This document shows, piece after piece, positions 56,801 through 64,000 of a DNA stretch of 64,000 nucleotides; the first letter of the stretch is position 1; every line of letters starts with the position of its first letter. The stretch comes from Eledone cirrhosa (taxonomy: Eukaryota). The DNA lies in assembly GCA_964016885.1 (NCBI GenBank), contig OZ024740.1, forward strand, positions 43,834,001-43,898,000. Reading direction: 5' to 3'. The notes below the pieces were generated by a model that made no database searches, had not been told where the DNA came from, and saw only the letters and a program-made list of their open reading frames with translations. Both the position numbers and the translations under genes were made by a program.

Positions 56801-59693
56801 GCCGGGAATAGATTATTATTATTATTACTATTATCATTGTACGTCGAAGTGAATGGACGTACTATCGTGAAGTCGAGTAATTTTGTTATTTATACGGTTT
56901 TAACTTGACTTTTCAACATTTCGAGATCGAGAAATAAATTATTATCCAGTACCGGGCTCGATTTTTTCTTTCATCTCTCTTTCTTACTTTTCTTCTCTCT
57001 GTCTGCTTCACTGAAGAAACTCGGACAAGGTGAGCGATAGGTTATGTCAGGTTTAAATGAGTGCCTTTACTCTTCCATCACGAGTTACGAGTCCATGGTT
57101 TAGTATGTTTAGTAAGACAACTATGAAATTGAAGATGTTGCAAGAGTGAATGGGGATCAGGATCCCTGACTGTACGACGAGATATTGTGGGAATATCTTA
57201 ACATACACCTTCATCATTATGATCATGATCAATATCATCATCATCATTATGTTCATCATCGTTATCATTTTAAGTCTGCTTTCTCTGCTAGCAACGGTTG
57301 AATTTTCCGAATGAAATTCGCTAAAATTGTAGTGTAAAAGAGGATTATATTGACTAAGAGTGTTAAATTTGGTGCAAATATTTATTCTCTTTCAGTAAAA
57401 ATAAAACGAAGTTAATGACTTTGCTGGTAATCTGTTTGCAAGTTTGTTTAGACCTCGGGAATTATTTGATCTATAATCTTCAAATATGTTATCTATTGAA
57501 ATCAAATATTTTTAGATTTTGTTTTAGTTTAGTTCCTCGGTGTTTACACTGAACTTCTATGATTAACTCGGTGAGAAATGAAGTTGAAACCTAATAAAAG
57601 TATCGATCAATACATTTTTCAAGCTTATACTGAGCACTGTTGACCAAGAAAGGAATAATTTCACATCACTAACGTCACTCATGATAAGGAGGAGGATTGA
57701 TTCTCAACGGCTTCAGTAGTGCGAATCAACTGTTTAATCGATGAACGTCCAGCTCACGATGAACGCTTAAGACGTTGAGTACTCCACAGACACCAATGTA
57801 GTTCTCAATCCTGAATGTAATTCTCAGGCTGAATCAACGAAACACAATATATGACATTTGAATTATATGTAGAGTTCACGAGGCGGGCTTACACACAAGT
57901 TCCCGTCTCACCAATTTCACTTATAATACTTTGTTCGGCCCGAGGTTACGGTCAAGTTATTTGCACAAGTTTCTAGATAGTGGGATCGAAAGTGGAACCG
58001 CTTGATTGCGAAGTGAAATTCTTAAGCGTTCAGCTATGTCTGCATAGATATTATTAGCATGACTTCAGCATGATACGATTTTTTCTGCATGATTCGTTAA
58101 AATAAGTTATAAACACGTGGAGAGTATCAGAAAAAGAAATGGAATGCACGAGTGTAATACGAAACTCCTTTTAGTTTCTCCATTGTTGCCATTTAGCTCT
58201 ATTAATGATGTATGCCTTTAGGAAAAGTACTATACTTTTCAGAGCTTTTCAATCTCTTATAAAACCATGCGGATTCCGCCTTAAGTCAAAATAAACCAGC
58301 ATATTTTCTAAATTTAGAATTTGAAGTTTACAAAAATCTAAATAATTATACGCCTAAGCATTAAATCTAATGTCGTTTGTTTTGTCAAATGCTTTTAATG
58401 TTTTATCCTTAGTCTACGTTAATTTATATGTAGTGTTTCTTGAATTCCTATGCGTTTCAATTATTCCAATGATTTTTAACCCAAGGCCAGCACTGGTCGA
58501 GCAGATCCATAAGCTTTCTAATAACAATCATCCAGTGTTTTTCAGACAATTGATCAAACTATATTATCTGATATGTACATTCTTTTTTTTTATAAGGTGA
58601 TAGAGTATGATTGAGAGATTTGGTTGCTATATCATCCAGCTGGAAAGGACATGCAAAAGGTTCACTGCGTATACCAATGCTGTTATTGTTGGTCTTCTAC
58701 ATAGATCCTGTGGAGGTTTATGTTATAGTGGCTAAAGTGTTGAACCCACGATCGTAAGGTCGTGGAATGCATTCTCAGACCGGCAACATGTATCCTTAAG
58801 TAAGACACTTTATTTTACATCACTAATGTTCACTCAGTTGAAAAAATATGTATATCAACTACACCTAGGTGTTAAAACTGTCACGAACTGATGCTTCTCC
58901 CAAGGGGAGTCTTGTATTCACTGTCAATTAATTCCAATGAAAATTGGATAATCTCCAGTCGGATGTGCTTTTAGCTTCAGGCAGACATTTTACACATAGG
59001 TAGCATCGGTAGAGCGTTGGGTAAAATGCTTTGTAGAATTTGTTCTGGTTCTTTATATTCTGAGTTCAAATTCCACCAAGGTTAGCTTTGCCTTTCATTG
59101 TTCTAGGATCGATAAAATAATGTACCAGTGAAATATGGAGTCCATTTAATCGTCATTCCACTTCACCAAATTGCAAGCGTTGTGCCTAAAGTAGATAGTA
59201 TTTGTAAGAAATAGAATAATAATTAATTTATAGAGTAAAATACCAATATAGTAGATGTAGGACAGTGATTAAGGGGGACAGATCTATTCAGTACATCTTG
59301 GTACGCTTTCATAGCGTTTAAAACATGGAGGGAGGGGTAAAAGATATCACTGAATAGATTTTATCTTTAAAATACCTGTAGCTTCAAGATGTATTAGATA
59401 CTGTATCATGAAAACAGAATGACTCCTGCATTTTATTCAGTCTCATAAATTTTAACATAGGGTTGTGACGTATGTGTGACACCATTCGATAGTTCACCCC
59501 CGGTGATAAAACTAATGTTTAAATACATTTTGTTTCATTTGAGTGTTCAAAATAGTCTTAATGCATATCCATCACTTTTCCACCTTCCTCATCCCCCCCC
59601 CCATGCTATTCATCAATATTATATGCAAGTAGTCATACACACACACACGCATGTACCACATACACAAACACAAACACACATACACAAACATAA

Positions 59694-59737
<44 letters not shown>

Positions 59738-59929
59738 GTTTTAGTGTTAAGTATTTCTGTAGAAAAGGTAAAGGAAAGAAGAGTGCTCTATATATAGTAC
59801 AGAGCTATCTAATTATGTAATAACCAACACAATATAATTATTCCATTAACCAAGGTATCGCGAAATTAGACGATTCTAATAGAAACGTCTGATTTCGTTC
59901 AGATGAAATATCTTTATTTTAGATAATAA

Positions 59930-59981
<52 letters not shown>

Positions 59982-59986
59982 ATCTA

Positions 59987-60047
<61 letters not shown>

Positions 60048-60066
60048 ATCTATATATGTATATATA

Positions 60067-60141
<75 letters not shown>

Positions 60142-60146
60142 ATCTA

Positions 60147-60193
<47 letters not shown>

Positions 60194-60420
60194 ATCTATA
60201 TATGTATATAGATATACATACATACAGGTTGTTTTTTCATATATGAGTGTTTGAATTTCTTTTTACTTGAAAAAAGGAGGCTCACGAAGGCTTTTTTTTG
60301 GTTGGTTATAAATGAAATTATGGCTGTCACGTGAACAAATTTTCATTAAATATTTGTGCCCTTATTTGGAAATCCATTCTGTAGCCTTTTTAGAGAATTT
60401 TTTGATAAGTAAAAGATAAT

Positions 60421-60604
60421 TGTTTCTACTTTAGGCACAAGGCCAGCAATTACCCAGTGCATTACTGGTACTTTATTTTATCGACCCCGTAAGGATGAAA
60501 GGCAAAGTCAACCTCGGCGGGATTTGAACTCAGATCGTAAAGGGACGTAACTATGCTGGAAAGCATGGCGTCCGACCCTCTACCGATACTGCCAATCCAC
60601 CGCC
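60421..60604 (-). mobile_element. Full-length Nin/Deu-like SINE with 18-nt TSD
   Basis: TGATAAGTAAAAGATAAT at 60403-60420 and 60605-60622; empty site in the sister arm near 61611-61628. Confidence 0.93.
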
Positions 60605-62004
60605 TGATAAGTAAAAGATAATGGTCAAGAGAAAGGGATGGGAGAATTGTTCTGGTTCAGTGAATATGGTTAGTTTGCTGGGGTGTCAGAATTCAGATTT
60701 TCTATTGAATAAAGAAAGTAAAGATATGTGTGTTTATTTGTGTGCTTGTGTGTGTGTGTGTGTGCGTGCGTGTGTGTGTGTGTGTGTGTTTGAATTTCTT
60801 TACTTTAAAAAAAGGTGGCTCACGAAGGCTTTTTTTTAATAAACGTGATTTGATTGGTTATAAATGAAATTTGGCTGTCACGTGAACAAGTTTTCATTAC
60901 ATTTTTGCGCCCTTATTTGGAAAACTATTCTGTAGTCTTTATAGCGAATGTTATGACAATGGAAAGTTAGTGGTCAAGAGAAAAGGGATTGGGAGAATTG
61001 TTCTGGTTCAGTGAATATGGTTAGTTCGCCGGGGTGTCAGAGTTCAGATTTTCTATTGAAGCGAAGATATGTATGTTTATTTGTGTGCTTGTGTGTGTGT
61101 ATGTGTGTATTGGAAGATGATTCTATTAGTAGAAATGGGGGAGGAAGTTTTGTGTGTGTGTATATGGGTGTTATGTGTGTGTGTGCGAGTATGTTAAGAT
61201 GGAGAGAATATATATTTTGTGTGTGTGTATATATATGTGTGTGTAGGAAAGTGGTTCTATTAGTAGAAATGGGGAGGGAGTTGTGGGTGTGGGGGTTGTT
61301 ATGTGTGTGTATGGGTGTTATGTGTGTGGGAGTATGGTTAGCATGTTAAGATGAAGAGAATATATATATATATATATTGTGTGTGTGTATGTGTGTGTGT
61401 AGGAAAGTGATTCCTTTAGTAGGAATATTTTTGAATGAACATATTTTCCTTACTTTTTCGTGTTTGCTGTTGTATTGTCAGTGCAAACGTATGTTAAGGT
61501 TTATTTAGTTCGGGTTTTTATTTTCTAAAGTAGAAGGTGTAAATGTGTGTGTATGTCATATTATGGTGTTGACATACCATATTCACTGAACCAGAACAAT
61601 TCTCTTGACCATTATCTTTTACTTATCAAAAAATTCTCTAAAAAGGCTACAGAATGGATTTCCAAATAAGGGCACAAATATTTAATGAAAATTTGTTCAC
61701 GTGACAGCCATAATTTCATTTATAACCAACCAAAAAAAAGCCTTCGTGAGCCCCCTTTTTTCAAGTAAAAAGAAATTCAAACACTCATATATGAAAAAAC
61801 AACCTGTGACAAACACCCACCCCCCTCTTATTTGAAGAACTATTGTAACGCGAACTGGCGCGAAATTTATTATAATTATTGACAAACCAATCAAATTACT
61901 TCTCGAAAAACCTGGCATTTCGAGCCACTTTTTCCATATAAAACAAGTAACATTCAGAGACCAACCAGATGTGAGAAAAACCACAGACCCTCCATCTCAA
62001 CTCA

Positions 62005-62042
62005 CCTTTTGAAAAGCAGAAGAACTGCGAAACCGGTAAAGG
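62005..62042 (+). ncRNA. Minimal type I hammerhead motif, family M (U3-A8 covariant)
   Basis: CCTT-TTGAAAA-GCAG.aagaa.CTGC-GAAA-CCGG-TA-AAGG. Confidence 0.78.
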
Positions 62043-62174
62043 AACCAAATAAATATATATATTTTTTTTAAAAATAAGACACCAGTTGCATTTTCGATTT
62101 CATCTCTTTTTCTTTATACTTTCACTCGTGTAGGACAACTCGGTTATTTTTCATTTTGTAAAAAAAAACCTCAC

Positions 62175-62245
<71 letters not shown>

Positions 62246-62251
62246 TGTATG

Positions 62252-62380
<129 letters not shown>

Positions 62381-62409
62381 ATGTATATATATATGTATAT
62401 ATGAATATG

Positions 62410-62455
<46 letters not shown>

Positions 62456-62459
62456 CGTA

Positions 62460-62499
<40 letters not shown>

Positions 62500-62507
62500 T
62501 ATGTATA

Positions 62508-62572
<65 letters not shown>

Positions 62573-62767
62573 GTTTACATATATATATAAAGTCATAAAT
62601 ATATATGTGTTTTGCAACGGGTCACTTTGTGGCTCAATGAACAATTAATAAATTAAATAATCAGAGCTATATATCATAAAACATGTCTATAGAATCACCA
62701 GATAAAATATATACCGTTTGCCCTTGGCGCGATCACTTTGGAAAATTAATTGTCTACATTTGAGCTA

Positions 62768-62845
62768 ACTTCCTGAAGAACCCGAAGCTCTAGATATCCA
62801 ATGTTATCGGATGTCTTAAAATGCGAATGAAACCATGGTAGAGGA
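62768..62845 (+). ncRNA. Type I hammerhead motif, family N, copy 1
   Basis: ACTTC-CTGAAGA-imperfect stem II (AGATATCC/GGATGTCT)-GAAA-CCATGG-TA-GAGG. Confidence 0.7.
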
Positions 62846-63448
62846 AATTAAATATGTACACTTTTCCTCTAGTTTACACCTAATTCTGTTTAGTTGACTG
62901 AATATCTGGTCGATTTATACATACTTATCGATTTATACATATTTATCGAAATATTCGATAAATGATCCGTCGTAACCGCCGCAAAGGGGCTGCTTTCGGT
63001 TATTTGTCGGAGATTTCTTCACAGGAGCCTTTATTCTTATAGCTTGGTCTAATTGATTTTTTATTTGGTTAATTATGTTAATTAGGAGAGGAAACGGTAT
63101 ATAGTTTATCTGGTGATTCTATAGACATGTTTTATGATATATAGCTCTAATTATTTAATTTATTAATTCTTCATTGAGCCACAAAGTGACCCGTTGCAAA
63201 ACACATATATATTTATGACTTTATATATATATATATATATGTAAACCTTTGTATGTAATAATCTCCCGTTAGGTTGAGATACAATTTTGGCTGTATAGGG
63301 CTGCGCTTTCTAGCAAAAAGCCTACCAGCTGTAAGCAACTAATCACATCCTTTCTAACTTGACCGCTGCCACGTCACGATTCTTAGCCATTTTTGAATGC
63401 ATTCTTGGCGCGATCACTTTGGAAAATTAATTGTCTAAATTTGAGCTA

Positions 63449-63526
63449 ACTTCCTGAAGAATGCGAAGCTCTAGATATCCAATGTTATCGGATGTCTTAA
63501 AATGCGGACGAAACCATGGTAGAGGT
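63449..63526 (+). ncRNA. Type I hammerhead motif, family N, copy 2
   Basis: ACTTC-CTGAAGA-...-GAAA-CCATGG-TA-GAGGT. Confidence 0.7.
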
Positions 63527-63801
63527 AATTAAATATGTACACTTTTCTTCTAGTTTATTTTACACCTAATTCTGTTTAGTTGACTGAATATCTGGTCGAT
63601 TTATACATGCTGCCGAAATATTCGATAAATGATCCGTCGTAACCGCCGCGAACGGGGTGCTTTCGGTTATTTGTCGGAGATTTCTTCATAGGAGCCTTTA
63701 TTCTTATAGCTTGTTCTAATTGATTTTTTATTTGGTTAACTATGCTAATTGGGAGAGGAAACGGTATATATGTTATCTGGTGATTCTATAGACATGTTTT
63801 A

Positions 63802-63868
<67 letters not shown>

Positions 63869-64000
63869 GAGAGAGTGAGAGGTAGAATCGGACCGACCGG
63901 CTTTAGTCTGAAAACGCTTGGCGATGAGGTCAGGAGTTTAAATATCTGTATAACCGCTCTGCATCTCACCATGCATTGAGTACTCCTATAATAAGTGGTC

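Larger units (their letters stand above)
60223..62180. mobile_element. Head-to-head pLTR remnant of a Neptune-like PLE, HHR family M
   Basis: 60223-60670 (excluding the SINE) is the reverse complement of ~61577-61807; internal tandem duplication at 60790-61060; (TA)n flanks. Confidence 0.7.
62569..63810 (+). mobile_element. ORF-less 681-nt partial-tandem unit with two HHRs and an inverted arm (retrozyme-like), family N
   Basis: CTTGGCGCGATC recurs at 62723 and 63404; 62569-62719 is the reverse complement of ~63092-63250; (TA)n flanks. Confidence 0.85.

Overview
AT-rich, microsatellite-dense eukaryotic intergenic or intronic DNA with no recognisable host CDS. The SINE/LINE/microsatellite make-up suggests a cephalopod such as Octopus, but this is inference only. 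Most listed ORFs are (TA)n/(CA)n artefacts. The real coding remnants are retroelements plus one hAT remnant: five Penelope-like element (PLE) ORFs or fragments (one 12.7-kb copy has an RT plus GIY-YIG ORF broken by a single homopolymer frameshift), a near full-length RTE LINE with a twin-priming 5' inversion, RTE and R4/Dong fragments, a hAT remnant, and many tRNA-derived Nin/Deu- and CORE-type SINEs. The main unannotated signal, found by manual reading, is about 24 type I hammerhead ribozyme (HHR) motifs in about 14 sequence families. Many have a palindromic stem III, several have unusually long stem II arms, and some carry core variants (U3-A8, U4A). Nearly all sit in (TA)n-embedded inserts with head-to-head PLE inversion architecture. 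These include ORF-less partial-tandem units of about 590-680 nt that resemble retrozymes or non-autonomous PLEs. A 256-nt tRNA-promoter unit has the same architecture. All folds are by eye and no catalytic activity is shown.
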